DNA of 51,909 bases from Motiliproteus sp. (GCA_047622605.1 JBLHND010000001.1:1-51909); one strand, 5' to 3'. Positions 25,602-36,150 are shown, numbered from the stretch's first letter. Numbers and translations are program-made. Notes: generated from the letters alone by a model not told the origin.

Positions 25602-27512
25602 TTAGCGATTGAGCCTGGCGCAGTATTGCTCGAACGCCTGAGCCGAGAGTGCGGGGGAGTACAGGTGACCCTGGACAGTATGCAAACCCTGTTGGCTTAA
25701 GAAGTCGAGTTGCTCTTGAGTCTCAATACCCTTGGCGACAGTCTCTAATCCCAGGCTCTGGGCCATCGTCAGGGTCGCTTTGATCAGCGCCCGGTCCTGA
25801 GGCTGGTCACTGATGCCGCTGATCGTGCTGCGATTGATCTTGAGGCCGTCGAACGGGAAGACTTTCAGATGAGTGAGCGAAGACTGGCCGCTGCCAAAAT
25901 CATCCAGGACGATGCGAATGCCCCGCTGGCGCAGTTTTTTAAGGGCTTTAAGGGTGTCATCCTGATTGCTGAGCAGCAAGCTTTCGGTGACCTCGAGTTC
26001 GAGTCGTTCACCGGGTAGTTGCAGCTGTTCCAGCAGTTGGGTGATCGTGCGGCTGAGGTCGGGGCTGCCGAAGTGGCGCGGCGAAATATTAATCGATAGC
26101 CTGAAATCGGTGAGGCCGGCATCGTGCCAGCGCTTGAGCTGGGTGAGTACCTGGTGAATGACCCAGGCGCCTATAGGCAGGATGAGTCCGGTGGCTTCTG
26201 CCAGAGGTACAAACTGCTCGGGAGAGACGCGTCCCAGTTCGGGATTATCCCAACGTAACAGGGCCTCGACCGCCGTTACCCTGCCACTGCGACTATCGAT
26301 GACCGGCTGGTACTCCAAGCTCAGCTCATGGTTTTCTAATGCCAGTGGCAGTCTTTCATCGACCTTGATACGCGTGGCTGAAGAGGTGCCCAGGGCCTTC
26401 GAATGGAAGAGATAGCCGTTGCCGCCCTCGTCCTTGGCGCCGAACATCGCGGCATCGGCCTGGCGTAGCAGTTCGTAGGGATCCTGACCATCGTTGGGAA
26501 AAACGGCAATACCGATGCTGGCGGTCAGGCTTAATTCGTTACCCTCGATCTTAAAGGGCATGGCCAGGCTGGAGAGGACTTTCTCCGCGACCCGGCTGGC
26601 ATCGTCGGCCGAGTCTAGATCGCTGAGGATCACCATAAACTCATCGCCACCAAACCGGGCCGCCGTATCGGTGAGTCGAATAGCCTGCTGGATTCGTGAG
26701 GCCACCCCGGCCATCAGCTGATCGCCACAATCCTGGCCGAAGTCGTCGTTGATCTGCTTGAAGTTATCAAGATCAATAAACATGACAACAACCTGTTGGT
26801 CATGACGAATGGCGGAGTTGATCGCCTGGCTTATGCGGTCCATCGCCAGAAAACGGTTGGGCAGTTCGGTCAGTGGATCGTAGTTAGGCTGATGTGTTAC
26901 CTGATGTTCTTGCGCCTTACGCAGTGAGATATCTTCCTGGATCGAGACAAAATGGGTGACTTCGTTATCCGCATTTTTAATCGGCGAGATACCGGCCTTG
27001 ATCCAGTAGGCTGACTTATTCGAGTGCTGGTTCATCAGTTCGCCTTCCCAATGCTCGCCGTTGCTGAGCGTTTCCCAGAGCCGGGCATAGGTTGCAGCAG
27101 GGGTCTTGTTGGAGCGCAGAATACGTGGGGTCTGGCCGATAGCCTGGTGGCTGCTGAAGCCACTAATACGTTCAAACGCGGTGTTAACGTATTCGATACG
27201 GCCTCGAGTGTCGGTGATCATGATGGATACTGGGCTTTGGCTGACCGCCTGGGATAGCTGGAGCAGTTGCTGACGATCGGCTGCAGACTTGGCGTACTGA
27301 TAATTACGACGGCGCAGTTCCAGGCTCAGTAAACTGAGGATCAATAGACTGGAGCAGAAGATAAAGGCCGAGTCTTTATAGGGCTCAATTTGAGCGCCGT
27401 AATCTGCAAACGCAGTCTCCAGTATATAATCAGAGAGGCTGAGCCAGAGGGTGGTAAATACCGCATAGATTGCGGCCATTCTGACGGGAAATGTCATAGA
27501 GGCGAGTCTCAA
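25602..27512 (-). CDS. Membrane-bound PAS-GGDEF-EAL c-di-GMP enzyme
   Basis: Two TM helices, a PAS domain, RLTD I-site with GGDEF, then VEALLRW and DDFGSG. Start is uncertain (27512 or 27497). Confidence 0.9.
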   Translation of the reverse strand: MRLASMTFPVRMAAIYAVFTTLWLSLSDYILETAFADYGAQIEPYKDSAFIFCSSLLILSLLSLELRRRNYQYAKSAADRQQLLQLSQAVSQSPVSIMITDTRGRIEYVNTAFERISGFSSHQAIGQTPRILRSNKTPAATYARLWETLSNGEHWEGELMNQHSNKSAYWIKAGISPIKNADNEVTHFVSIQEDISLRKAQEHQVTHQPNYDPLTELPNRFLAMDRISQAINSAIRHDQQVVVMFIDLDNFKQINDDFGQDCGDQLMAGVASRIQQAIRLTDTAARFGGDEFMVILSDLDSADDASRVAEKVLSSLAMPFKIEGNELSLTASIGIAVFPNDGQDPYELLRQADAAMFGAKDEGGNGYLFHSKALGTSSATRIKVDERLPLALENHELSLEYQPVIDSRSGRVTAVEALLRWDNPELGRVSPEQFVPLAEATGLILPIGAWVIHQVLTQLKRWHDAGLTDFRLSINISPRHFGSPDLSRTITQLLEQLQLPGERLELEVTESLLLSNQDDTLKALKKLRQRGIRIVLDDFGSGQSSLTHLKVFPFDGLKINRSTISGISDQPQDRALIKATLTMAQSLGLETVAKGIETQEQLDFLSQQGLHTVQGHLYSPALSAQAFEQYCARLNR

Positions 27513-27724
27513 GATTCCCAGGACTTAGAGCACTTGAGTGTAGCCGAACAACATGGCTAAAGAGTTGATACAGGTCAGGTATTAGCTAAAAACCTACGAA
27601 CAGGTGCGATCTGTTCTCAGGTTGCCTGCACCGCGGAGGCGGTGCGGCGAGGAAGAATACCCCGCCCGCTGTGTAGCCCGCTACGCAGCCATCCTAAGCA
27701 CTAGAGACCTGCGCAGGGGGCGCT

Positions 27725-28693
27725 TTATTGCAGGTTTTCGTTATTCGAGAACATCCCGTCGAAGAGCGCAGTAGAGAGGTAGCGCTCACCGGAATCGGGT
27801 AGGATCACCACGATATTCTTACCCTGATGCTGCGGCTGTTGCGAGACTTTGACCGCCGCTGCCATGGCAGCACCACTGGAGATGCCTACCAGGATGCCCT
27901 CTTCACGCATCAGCCGGCGAGCATACTCGATCGCGTCTTCGTTGCTGACCAGTTCGACCTGATCAACCAGGGTCAGATCGAGGTTCTTGGGGATAAAGCC
28001 GGCGCCGATGCCCTGGATCTTATGCGGCGAAGGCTGCAACGGCTCGCCGCGGAGGTGTTGGCTGATCACCGGGGAGGCTTCGGGCTCTACCGCCACCGAG
28101 GTGATCGCTTTGCCTTGTTGTCGTTTTATATAGCGAGAGATACCGGTAATCGTGCCGCCGGTGCCTACCCCAGAGATCAGGATGTCGATCTGACCCTCGG
28201 TGTCTTCCCAGATTTCAGGTCCTGTGGTCTGCTCGTGAATCTGTGGATTGGCCGGATTTTCGAACTGCTGCGGCATGAAATGGCTGGCGGGGTCGATGGC
28301 TACGATCTCCTGGGCTTTCTCTATCGCCCCCTTCATCCCCTTGAGGCCTTCGGTGAGTACAATCTCCGCGCCCAGAGCCTTCATGACCTTGCGCCGCTCG
28401 ATGCTCATCGATGCCGGCATGGTAAGAATGACCTTGTAGCCTCGAGCTGCGGCGACGAAACACAGAGCGATGCCGGTGTTGCCACTGGTCGGCTCAACGA
28501 GGGTCATGCCCGGCTTGAGCTGACCTGATTTTTCGGCTTCCCAGATCATATTGGCGCCAATCCGACACTTAACCGAACTGGCCGGATTGCGACTCTCGAT
28601 CTTAGCCCAGATATTGGCGTTGCTAATGTTGTTGATCTTGACCAGAGGGGTCTTGCCGATGGTGAGGGAGTTATCAGAAAAAATGGCACTCAT
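27725..28693 (-). CDS. cysK: Cysteine synthase A
   Basis: [28 protein letters not shown] and [10 protein letters not shown] motifs. Confidence 0.95.
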   Translation of the reverse strand: MSAIFSDNSLTIGKTPLVKINNISNANIWAKIESRNPASSVKCRIGANMIWEAEKSGQLKPGMTLVEPTSGNTGIALCFVAAARGYKVILTMPASMSIERRKVMKALGAEIVLTEGLKGMKGAIEKAQEIVAIDPASHFMPQQFENPANPQIHEQTTGPEIWEDTEGQIDILISGVGTGGTITGISRYIKRQQGKAITSVAVEPEASPVISQHLRGEPLQPSPHKIQGIGAGFIPKNLDLTLVDQVELVSNEDAIEYARRLMREEGILVGISSGAAMAAAVKVSQQPQHQGKNIVVILPDSGERYLSTALFDGMFSNNENLQ

Positions 28694-28804
28694 GCTCAGC
28701 GTCCTTTAGGTGAGTTTATTATTAGTCGTCTATTATGTGGCTCGAACCATAGCGAGCCGGTATAGGCTGTGCTGCACAGGCATCGCGGGCAGGGGCCCCC
28801 TGCA

Positions 28805-30982
28805 TTAGTGCTTAAGCTGCAGGCGTAGCTCCTCGAGCTCCTGTAGCTGCCGCTGATTGATGATCCGTTGTTCAAACAATTTCTCATCACTTTTTTCCAA
28901 CCGCGATTGGAATTTTTCCAGCGCCCGTTGCTGGGCGGCGCCTGACTGCTGTAGTTGGTCGATCTGATTTTGCAAATCGCTAATTACCGAAGGTACGCCC
29001 CCACTGCCGTACAGGGGAACCTTGGCTGCTGTATTTATCGGCGGGTCCTGCAGCTCGTGTTGGATCTGACTCTGAATGGACTGTAGATCACGGGTTTCAC
29101 GTTCAGAGTAGCGAATCGATTTCACCAGCGCCTGGTGAGCCCCTGCGCTGCCAACAGAGCCTGCCAGGGCGTACTCGAGTGTCCGATGAAATTCTAATAA
29201 CTCGACGATGGTCAGCTGCTCTTTGCCTGCGATACGCAGGTCTTCATTGATCTGCTGGACGATGGCGTCGGCTTTAGCTTCCGGGAGGTATTCTTGCAGC
29301 AGCTGGGTGGCTTCGTCGATCTTATCGGTAGAGGCGATGTAGGCATCCAGCCCGGTCGCACGGCCGTTATGCTGAATACTGCCCGCGATCAGGGTGGCCA
29401 TAAACTCGCTGCGTTGATGGCGTTCAAGCTTGGAGGGTTTGTGCAGCACAGATCCGAGCAGATAAAACCCCAGGTTAAACAGCAGGGACCAGAGCGTGCT
29501 ATGGCTGACCGGAGAGAGACCGTCCACGCCAAACAGCTGCTGCGGACGTAGCCAGTCGATGCCCCAGGGGCCTTGAGATAACAGCTCCTGGGGCAAGCCG
29601 TGGCCGGAAAACGCCGGTAGCACCAGGGTGTAGAACCAGATCAGGAAGCCCGCGCTCAGACCTGCAATGGCCCCTGCCCGGTTACCGCGCGTCCAGAACA
29701 GTCCGCCGAACATCACCGGAGCAAACTGGAATACCGCGACGAAGGAGATCATCCCCATGGCGACCAGCATGTAGGCATCGCTGAAAGTGACCGAGAACCA
29801 GTAACCGCTGCCGATAATCAGGGCGATCATCACCCAGCGGCACTGCAGTAGGTAACTGCGTAGGAAATTAAGCGGTTTGATGTGATCGATTAACACCATC
29901 AGTAGATGGTTGGTGGCCATGGTGGACAGGGTCATCGCACTGAGGATGATCATCCCGGTCGCCGCCGAAAATCCGCCGATAAAGGCGACCAGCGACAGCC
30001 AGTCGGCGCCGGCAAGTTGCGGCAACAATAAGATGAAGATGTCGGCGTTGCTGCCGGGCAGACCTTGCAACAAGCCTGCTGCGGCTATCGGCATCACGAA
30101 GATGCCGATCAGGATCAGGTAGAGGGGCACGACCCACATGGCGGTGAGGATATGGCGCTCGCTGGCATTTTCCACCACGGCGGCGTGAAATTGGCGCGGC
30201 AGGCATTGGATGGAGACCGCACCCAGCACCACCAGCGCGAGTGCATGCAGCCTGTCCGGACCCGAGGAGAACTCGATCTGGGTCAGCTGGGTCAGGCTCG
30301 CCGCCTCGACGCGCGCCAAAATATCGTTTAAACCATCGTACAGGCCGTAACTGACGAACAGGCCGACGGCGATAAACGCCGCCAGTTTAACCAGGCTCTG
30401 GACCGCCAGGATCGTCATCACCCCCAAGTGGTGCTCGGTGGAATCGAGCTTGCGGGCCCCGAACAGGAGGGTGAACAGAATCATCATCAGCGGCACCAGC
30501 AGTCCGGCTAGCTGGCTGATGTCGCTGTTGGCCGCGGATGCCGTGATCACGGTAAAGGACTGGGTAACGGCCTTGAGCTGGAGTGCGGTATAGGGCACGA
30601 TGCCGATCAGGGCGATAAGTGTTACCAGGGCTGCGACCAGTTGCGAGCGGTTATAGCGGGCCGAGATAAAGTCGGCAATGCTGGTGATGTTGTAGGCCTT
30701 CTTTATCCGCACCATGGGCCGCAGCAGTTTCCACCAGGCCAGGATGGCCAGAATTGCGCCTATGTAAATGGCAAAGAACAGCCCACCGGATTTAGCCGCG
30801 AACTCAACACTGCCGTAGAAGGTCCAGGAGGTGCAGTACACGGTGATCGCGAGCGCGTAGACCAGGGCTGAGGTATGGGGTTTTTCCTGGTTGGCATTCT
30901 TGCGCTCGACCAGCAGGGCGATAATAAAGAGCACGGCCATATAAAGAATAATGGCGACGATAACGGTGCTGGCAGTAAACAT
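28805..30982 (-). CDS. SLC5 (Na+:solute symporter-like) sensor protein of CbrA/CrbS type, without a kinase domain
   Basis: VYCTSWTFYGSV, SIADFISARY, PYTALQLKA, LPRQFH and GGFSAATGM motifs; STAC-like ALAGSVGSAGA; ends in a coiled coil. Confidence 0.75.
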   Translation of the reverse strand: MFTASTVIVAIILYMAVLFIIALLVERKNANQEKPHTSALVYALAITVYCTSWTFYGSVEFAAKSGGLFFAIYIGAILAILAWWKLLRPMVRIKKAYNITSIADFISARYNRSQLVAALVTLIALIGIVPYTALQLKAVTQSFTVITASAANSDISQLAGLLVPLMMILFTLLFGARKLDSTEHHLGVMTILAVQSLVKLAAFIAVGLFVSYGLYDGLNDILARVEAASLTQLTQIEFSSGPDRLHALALVVLGAVSIQCLPRQFHAAVVENASERHILTAMWVVPLYLILIGIFVMPIAAAGLLQGLPGSNADIFILLLPQLAGADWLSLVAFIGGFSAATGMIILSAMTLSTMATNHLLMVLIDHIKPLNFLRSYLLQCRWVMIALIIGSGYWFSVTFSDAYMLVAMGMISFVAVFQFAPVMFGGLFWTRGNRAGAIAGLSAGFLIWFYTLVLPAFSGHGLPQELLSQGPWGIDWLRPQQLFGVDGLSPVSHSTLWSLLFNLGFYLLGSVLHKPSKLERHQRSEFMATLIAGSIQHNGRATGLDAYIASTDKIDEATQLLQEYLPEAKADAIVQQINEDLRIAGKEQLTIVELLEFHRTLEYALAGSVGSAGAHQALVKSIRYSERETRDLQSIQSQIQHELQDPPINTAAKVPLYGSGGVPSVISDLQNQIDQLQQSGAAQQRALEKFQSRLEKSDEKLFEQRIINQRQLQELEELRLQLKH

Positions 30983-31007
30983 AGACACTCTCAGTTAGTG
31001 CGCGGTC

Positions 31008-31043
31008 AATGCGGTGATTAATGCGGTGATTAATTCGGTGGTT
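31008..31043. repeat. Imperfect 12-bp tandem repeat (AATGCGGTGATT)x3 over the yidD stop
   Basis: Read directly from the sequence. Confidence 0.8.
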
Positions 31044-31284
31044 GATCCGACCCAGGCGTACAGCAAGCCTTATCCGGCACCAGATCGATCCCCCCCCGGG
31101 TAAACGGATGACAGCGCAGCAGGCGGCGCAGCCCCAGGTAGAGTCCGCGAACGGGGCCATGCGTCTCTATTGCCTCGATGCAGTAGCTCGAGCAGGAGGG
31201 GTAGTAGCGACAGTTGTTGCCTAGCAGCGGGCTAATCAGCCACTGGTAACCACGAATACAGATAAGCAGAGCCGTTTTCATCAT
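31030..31284 (-). CDS. yidD: Membrane protein insertion efficiency factor YidD
   Basis: IRGYQWLISP, CRYYPSCS, HG and RCHPF..GG.D.VP motifs. Confidence 0.9.
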   Translation of the reverse strand: MMKTALLICIRGYQWLISPLLGNNCRYYPSCSSYCIEAIETHGPVRGLYLGLRRLLRCHPFTRGGIDLVPDKACCTPGSDQPPN

Positions 31285-31370
31285 GTTGCGTATTTTATCG
31301 TAATGTACAAATATTTATAGACCTTATAGCCCTTATCGACATAAAGAGTCTGCATAAAGAGACAGTATTA

Positions 31371-31422
31371 GTAGACCGCATAAGTAGACCGCATAAGTAG
31401 ACCGCATAAGAAGACCGCATAA
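31371..31422. repeat. 13-bp tandem repeat (GTAGACCGCATAA)x4
   Basis: Three perfect units and one with a single mismatch, in the divergent yidD/nptA promoter region. Confidence 0.9.
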
Positions 31423-31498
31423 CGAGCGATTACTAGCGCTCGCCGCGAAAAGCGGATTAAACTGAGGCTAAGGGGGGGCTGTTCACAGATTCCCTCCG

Positions 31499-31523
31499 CC
31501 TCACCTCACCTCACCTCACCTCA
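31499..31523. repeat. 5-bp microsatellite (CCTCA)x5 upstream of the nptA RBS
   Basis: Read directly from the sequence. Confidence 0.9.
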
Positions 31524-31541
31524 CGGAAAGGGTTGCATTCT

Positions 31542-33389
31542 ATGCTACGAAAAACCCTGTTGCCTTTTGTTTTTGTGTTGCTGACCTATGGCTTCTGGCT
31601 CAGTCCGGATTTTAAGGCGATCTCAGCCGGGGTGGCGATCTTTCTGTTCGGCATGCTGTCTCTGGAAGAGGGCTTTCGAGTGTTTTCCGGAGGGGTGCTG
31701 GAGCAGGTTCTCAGGCGTTCTACCGATCGGCTCTGGAAGAGTCTGAGCTTTGGTTTCCTGACCACGACGTTGATGCAGTCCAGTACCCTGGTATCGGTGA
31801 TCAGCATCTCTTTTATGAGTGCCGGATTACTGGGGCTAGCCGAGGGGATAGGGATCATTTTTGGCGCGAATTTGGGCACCACCAGCGGCGCCTGGTTGAT
31901 GGCCGGCTTCGGGCTGAAGGTTAACTTATCGGCCTACGCCATGCCGCTATTGGTATTCGGGGTGGTACTGCTGCTGCAGAAAGCCTCGCACCTGAAAGGG
32001 GCCGGTTACCTTCTGGCGGGGATAGGCTTCCTGTTTCTGGGGATCCATTACATGAAAGAGGGTTTCGAGGCGTTCAAAGACAGCGTCGATCTGGCCGCCT
32101 ATGCCGTTCCCGGCTACCGCGGGCTGTTTATTTACGCCGCTATAGGCATCCTGGCGACGGTGGTGATGCAGTCGAGCCATGCGACCCTGGCGGTGATCAT
32201 TACCGCGCTCTCATCGGGACAGGTCAGTTACGAAAACGCCCTGGCACTGGCGATAGGTGCCAATGTCGGCACCACCCTCACCGCACTGATCAGTGGACTG
32301 GGTTCCAATGCCCAGGGACGACGTCTGGCGGGCGCTCATCTGCTCTTTAATATCACCACGGGGGGGGTGGCGATCGCCCTGATCAGTCCCCTGGTGCTGG
32401 CGGTCGACGGGGTCAGTCAGCTGTTGGGTATCGCGGCCGATAATTACAGCCTCAAACTGGCGGTGTTTCACAGCCTGTTCAATCTGCTGGGGGTGATCCT
32501 GATGCTACCCCTGATCAAGCAGATGGTCAGATTGCTGAACCACCTGATTAAAGATGCCCAGGATGATATCGATCAACCGAAATATATCGTCGCTGCGGCG
32601 ATCCAGTTTCCTGATACTGCCGTAGAGGCGGTACGTCAGGAAACCAACCGTCTCTATGACCGCGCTCGGGATATCCTGATCAGCGGGCTGGGGATGGACC
32701 AGGCGCGGGTGCTCGGGGCTGTTGATCGCGATCTTGAGAAACAGCTCTATGCCCAGCATAAGGTTGTCCGGGTTGATATTGACGAACTCTATCAACGCCA
32801 TGTGAAGGGCTTGTTTAGTGCCATTATCGCCTTTATCAGTGAAGCGGCTTTTAGCTGGAAAGAGCAGCCGCAGGACAGGCTGCGCCGAATGCGAGACGCC
32901 AATACCCAGATCGTCGAGGCCGTTAAAGCCTGCAAGCACCTGCAAAAGAATATGTTGCGTTACCTGGTAGCGGATAACGACTATATCAGGGGTGAATATA
33001 ATCAGCTCAGAATGCGTATAGCGCTGCTATTACGGCAATTGGAGCAGGTGCGGGTCGACAGCCCGGATGAGAATTTATTACTCGGGCTCGACGAGCTAAG
33101 ATTAACGATGCTGGAGTGGAATCAAAAGCAGAGTCTGCGCTATTACCAGTTAATTCGTGACGGCCATATTAGCCCGCAGATGGGCAGTTCGTTACTTAAT
33201 GATTCTGCTTATGTTAATACTATCCACTCTAGTTTGCTGGCGATGGCAGCGACACTTTTCACTAAAATTGAAAGCAAGCGTCACTCGGTAGAGCAGGCCT
33301 TGTCATTGGATGATGCCGAGCTCAAAGAGATTCTGGGTGCTGCCGAACAGACACGAACCGGAGGGGGCTGTAACCGCGATGAAAACTAA
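31542..33389 (+). CDS. Na+/Pi cotransporter (NptA/YjbB family) with PhoU-like C-terminal helices
   Basis: Two QSS...GANxGTT repeats and a soluble helical C-terminal domain. Confidence 0.85.
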   Translation: MLRKTLLPFVFVLLTYGFWLSPDFKAISAGVAIFLFGMLSLEEGFRVFSGGVLEQVLRRSTDRLWKSLSFGFLTTTLMQSSTLVSVISISFMSAGLLGLAEGIGIIFGANLGTTSGAWLMAGFGLKVNLSAYAMPLLVFGVVLLLQKASHLKGAGYLLAGIGFLFLGIHYMKEGFEAFKDSVDLAAYAVPGYRGLFIYAAIGILATVVMQSSHATLAVIITALSSGQVSYENALALAIGANVGTTLTALISGLGSNAQGRRLAGAHLLFNITTGGVAIALISPLVLAVDGVSQLLGIAADNYSLKLAVFHSLFNLLGVILMLPLIKQMVRLLNHLIKDAQDDIDQPKYIVAAAIQFPDTAVEAVRQETNRLYDRARDILISGLGMDQARVLGAVDRDLEKQLYAQHKVVRVDIDELYQRHVKGLFSAIIAFISEAAFSWKEQPQDRLRRMRDANTQIVEAVKACKHLQKNMLRYLVADNDYIRGEYNQLRMRIALLLRQLEQVRVDSPDENLLLGLDELRLTMLEWNQKQSLRYYQLIRDGHISPQMGSSLLNDSAYVNTIHSSLLAMAATLFTKIESKRHSVEQALSLDDAELKEILGAAEQTRTGGGCNRDEN

Positions 33390-33684
33390 AAAATTGCTTG
33401 AGCGAATACGAGCCTTCTTTGATGTCGATCTGCGCGATAACCTGCAGATGCAGGCATCGCTCACCAAGGTGCTGGAGAAACTGCGTTTGAAGCAGAAAAA
33501 GATCCAGGCAGAGCTTGAACTCGAGCAGGATGCGGATCGCCGTGAGGCGTTGCAGTTGAAGATCGATCTGGTGCACTCGCAGCGTAAAAAAGGGATCGCC
33601 ATGCTGCGACGGGCGCAGACCGATGCCGGGGAGCGCAAGCCAGCCGCCGATGCTCATCGCTCGAATGATTTAGACCGCTCCTAG
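33379..33684 (+). CDS. Small basic coiled-coil hypothetical protein, translationally coupled to the Na/Pi transporter
   Basis: ATG 33379 overlaps the upstream stop and follows GAGGGGG; reads MKTKKLLERIRAFFD... Confidence 0.6.
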   Translation: MKTKKLLERIRAFFDVDLRDNLQMQASLTKVLEKLRLKQKKIQAELELEQDADRREALQLKIDLVHSQRKKGIAMLRRAQTDAGERKPAADAHRSNDLDRS

Positions 33685-33836
33685 GCTCCTAGGCTCCTAA
33701 GAACCTGAGTGCAACTGCTTGGGATACAGCGCTTGGCAGAGCCTTTTTAAGCACAACTCTTAGTTGTCATCTAGGCGTAGTATGCTGGTGCAGCTTTCGA
33801 TACAGGTACGGCATTAAATGAGTAGAGGGTACGTTA

Positions 33837-36086
33837 GTGATCGTAAAAAGTATGCATAAGGCAGAATCAGACGTCGATACGAAGGTCGGCACTCAGGACA
33901 TGCCGGAAGGGGAGGTCGCTGCCGCCCAGCATACAGAAAAGGCACCCGAACCGGTGGCCGAGTCTGCCTCCAGCACCGAGCTGGAGCTGCTGCCCTCGAC
34001 GGTCGCGCCTGCGGCCGATACGCCGGAGGTGAATGACAGCAGTTACTATATCAATCGCCATCTGAGTCATCTCGAGTTCAACCGCCGGGTGTTGGATCAA
34101 TCGCTGGACCAGAGCCACCCCCTGCTGGAGCGGCTGATGTTTCTGCTGATCTTCTCCAGTAATCTGGATGAGTTCTTCGAGATCAGGGTCGCTGAACTGC
34201 GCCACCAGCTTAAATTTGGTCGCGAGCAGTCCGGTGCCGACAGCATGCATCCCAAGGCAGTGCTCAAAGAGGTCTGTGCGCGCTGCCATGAGCTGGTCGA
34301 GCGCCAGTACAAGATTCTGAATGAGGTGTTGCTCCCCGCGCTCAACGACAACAACATCTTTTTCTTGAGGCGTAATGAATGGACGGCCGCACAGAAGGAA
34401 TGGATCAAGGGCTACTTCGATGAGTATATCCAGCCGGTTATCAGCCCGCTGGGGCTAGACCCCTCGCACCCGTTTCCACGCCTGGTTAACAAGAGTCTTA
34501 ACTTTATCGTGCAACTCGATGGTAAGGATGCCTTCGGGCGCGACAGCGGTATGGCGATTATCCCCGCGCCACGCTCCTTGCCCCGGGTACTGAAGTTGCC
34601 CCAAGACCTGTGCCCAGAGGGCACGGATAACCTAGTGTTTCTGTCGTCGATTATTCATGAGCATGCCGACGAACTGTTTCCCGGGATGACCGTCCTGGGT
34701 TCGTATCAGTTCCGCCTGACCCGCAACGCCGATCTGGATTTTGATCAGAATGAGGTCGAAGACCTCGCACTCACGCTCAGAGGCGAGCTTCACAGCCGCC
34801 ATTACGGCGATGCGGTGCGGCTGGAGATCTCTGAAGCCTGCCCCGAGGTGCTGGTGCGCTTCCTGTTGAACCGCTACAACCTCACCGACGATGAACTCTA
34901 TCTGGTCTCAGGACCGGTAAACCTGACCCGGATGATGAGTGTGACGGGCCTGCTTGACCGTCCCGAACTGAAATACTCTCCCTTCAGCCCCGGGCTGCCC
35001 AAGCGTTTGCGCGGCAAGGGCAGCCTGTTTGATACCCTCAAGCAGGGTGATCTGTTGCTGCATCATCCGTTTGAATCCTTTACCCCGGTGTTGGACCTGT
35101 TGCGCCAGGCCGCCAGCGACCCCCAGGTGTTGTCGATTCGCCAGACCCTGTACCGCAGCGGTGCCGATTCCGGAATAGTGACCGCGCTGGTGGATGCCGC
35201 GCGCAACAATAAAGAGGTGACCGCGGTGATCGAGCTGCGGGCGCGCTTTGATGAGGCCAATAACCTGGCGCTGGCCAGTCGCTTGCAGGAAGCGGGCGCG
35301 CTGGTGGTCTATGGGGTGGTAGGCTATAAAACCCACGCCAAGATGGCGCTGATCGTGCGTCGCGAAGCGAGTAAGTTTGTTAACTATGTCCATCTGGGGA
35401 CCGGTAACTACCATTCAGGTAATGCCCGCCTCTATACCGATTACAGTCTGCTGACCTGCGACCCCGACGTGGGCGGGGATGTGCAGAAGATGTTCCAGCA
35501 ACTCACGGGCATGGGTAAGATCCTGCGCCTCAAGCGGCTGTTGAATGCGCCCTTTACGCTGCATAAGTCGATGCTGGAGAAGATCGGCGCCGAGGCCCGT
35601 AATGCCAAAGAGGGCAAGCCGGCGCGTATTATCCTGAAATTCAACGGCCTGACCGAGCCGCGGCTGATTAAGGCGCTCTATAAGGCCTCGCAAGCCGGGG
35701 TCGAGATCGATCTGATCGTGCGTGGCATGTGCTGTCTGCGCCCCGGAATCGAGGGAATATCGGAGCGGATTCGAGTACGCTCCATCATCGGACGTTTTCT
35801 GGAACACAGCCGTATCTACTGGTTCTCTAATGACGGCGATCCTCAGGTCTACTGCTCCAGTGCCGACTTTATGGAGCGCAATATGCTCAACCGGGTCGAG
35901 ACCTGCTTCCCGCTGCTGATGCCAAAGCTGGCGCAGCGGATACTCAGGGATCTGGAGCTGTACCTGCAGGATAATACCCAGGCCTGGAGCCTGAATACCG
36001 ATGGTTCCTACAGCCGCACCCAGCGTATCGAGGGTGAAGAACTGGTGAATGCCCAGTACAGCCTGCTGTCCAAGTTCAGTCACTGA
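33837..36086 (+). CDS. ppk1: Polyphosphate kinase 1
   Basis: FSSNLDEFFEIRVA, HPFP, LLHHPFES, ELRARFDE, KTHAK, GTGNY and GRFLEHSRI motifs. Confidence 0.95.
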   Translation: MIVKSMHKAESDVDTKVGTQDMPEGEVAAAQHTEKAPEPVAESASSTELELLPSTVAPAADTPEVNDSSYYINRHLSHLEFNRRVLDQSLDQSHPLLERLMFLLIFSSNLDEFFEIRVAELRHQLKFGREQSGADSMHPKAVLKEVCARCHELVERQYKILNEVLLPALNDNNIFFLRRNEWTAAQKEWIKGYFDEYIQPVISPLGLDPSHPFPRLVNKSLNFIVQLDGKDAFGRDSGMAIIPAPRSLPRVLKLPQDLCPEGTDNLVFLSSIIHEHADELFPGMTVLGSYQFRLTRNADLDFDQNEVEDLALTLRGELHSRHYGDAVRLEISEACPEVLVRFLLNRYNLTDDELYLVSGPVNLTRMMSVTGLLDRPELKYSPFSPGLPKRLRGKGSLFDTLKQGDLLLHHPFESFTPVLDLLRQAASDPQVLSIRQTLYRSGADSGIVTALVDAARNNKEVTAVIELRARFDEANNLALASRLQEAGALVVYGVVGYKTHAKMALIVRREASKFVNYVHLGTGNYHSGNARLYTDYSLLTCDPDVGGDVQKMFQQLTGMGKILRLKRLLNAPFTLHKSMLEKIGAEARNAKEGKPARIILKFNGLTEPRLIKALYKASQAGVEIDLIVRGMCCLRPGIEGISERIRVRSIIGRFLEHSRIYWFSNDGDPQVYCSSADFMERNMLNRVETCFPLLMPKLAQRILRDLELYLQDNTQAWSLNTDGSYSRTQRIEGEELVNAQYSLLSKFSH

Positions 36087-36104
36087 TTATTGTGGATTGG
36101 TTTC

Positions 36105-36150
36105 TTGTGGGTTGGCTTTTTTTGGGTAGAAAGCAGTCCGACAAGGCTGG
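36105..36150. repeat. Degenerate REP-like unit downstream of ppk1
   Basis: TTGTGGGTTGG...AGTCCGACAAGGCTGGCA is shared with 149-182. Confidence 0.55.

Noticed and set aside
31371-31422. CRISPR array (also considered for 3111, 14768, 18994 and 38445)
   Set aside because: Units are short, head-to-tail and lack unique spacers; no cas genes are present.
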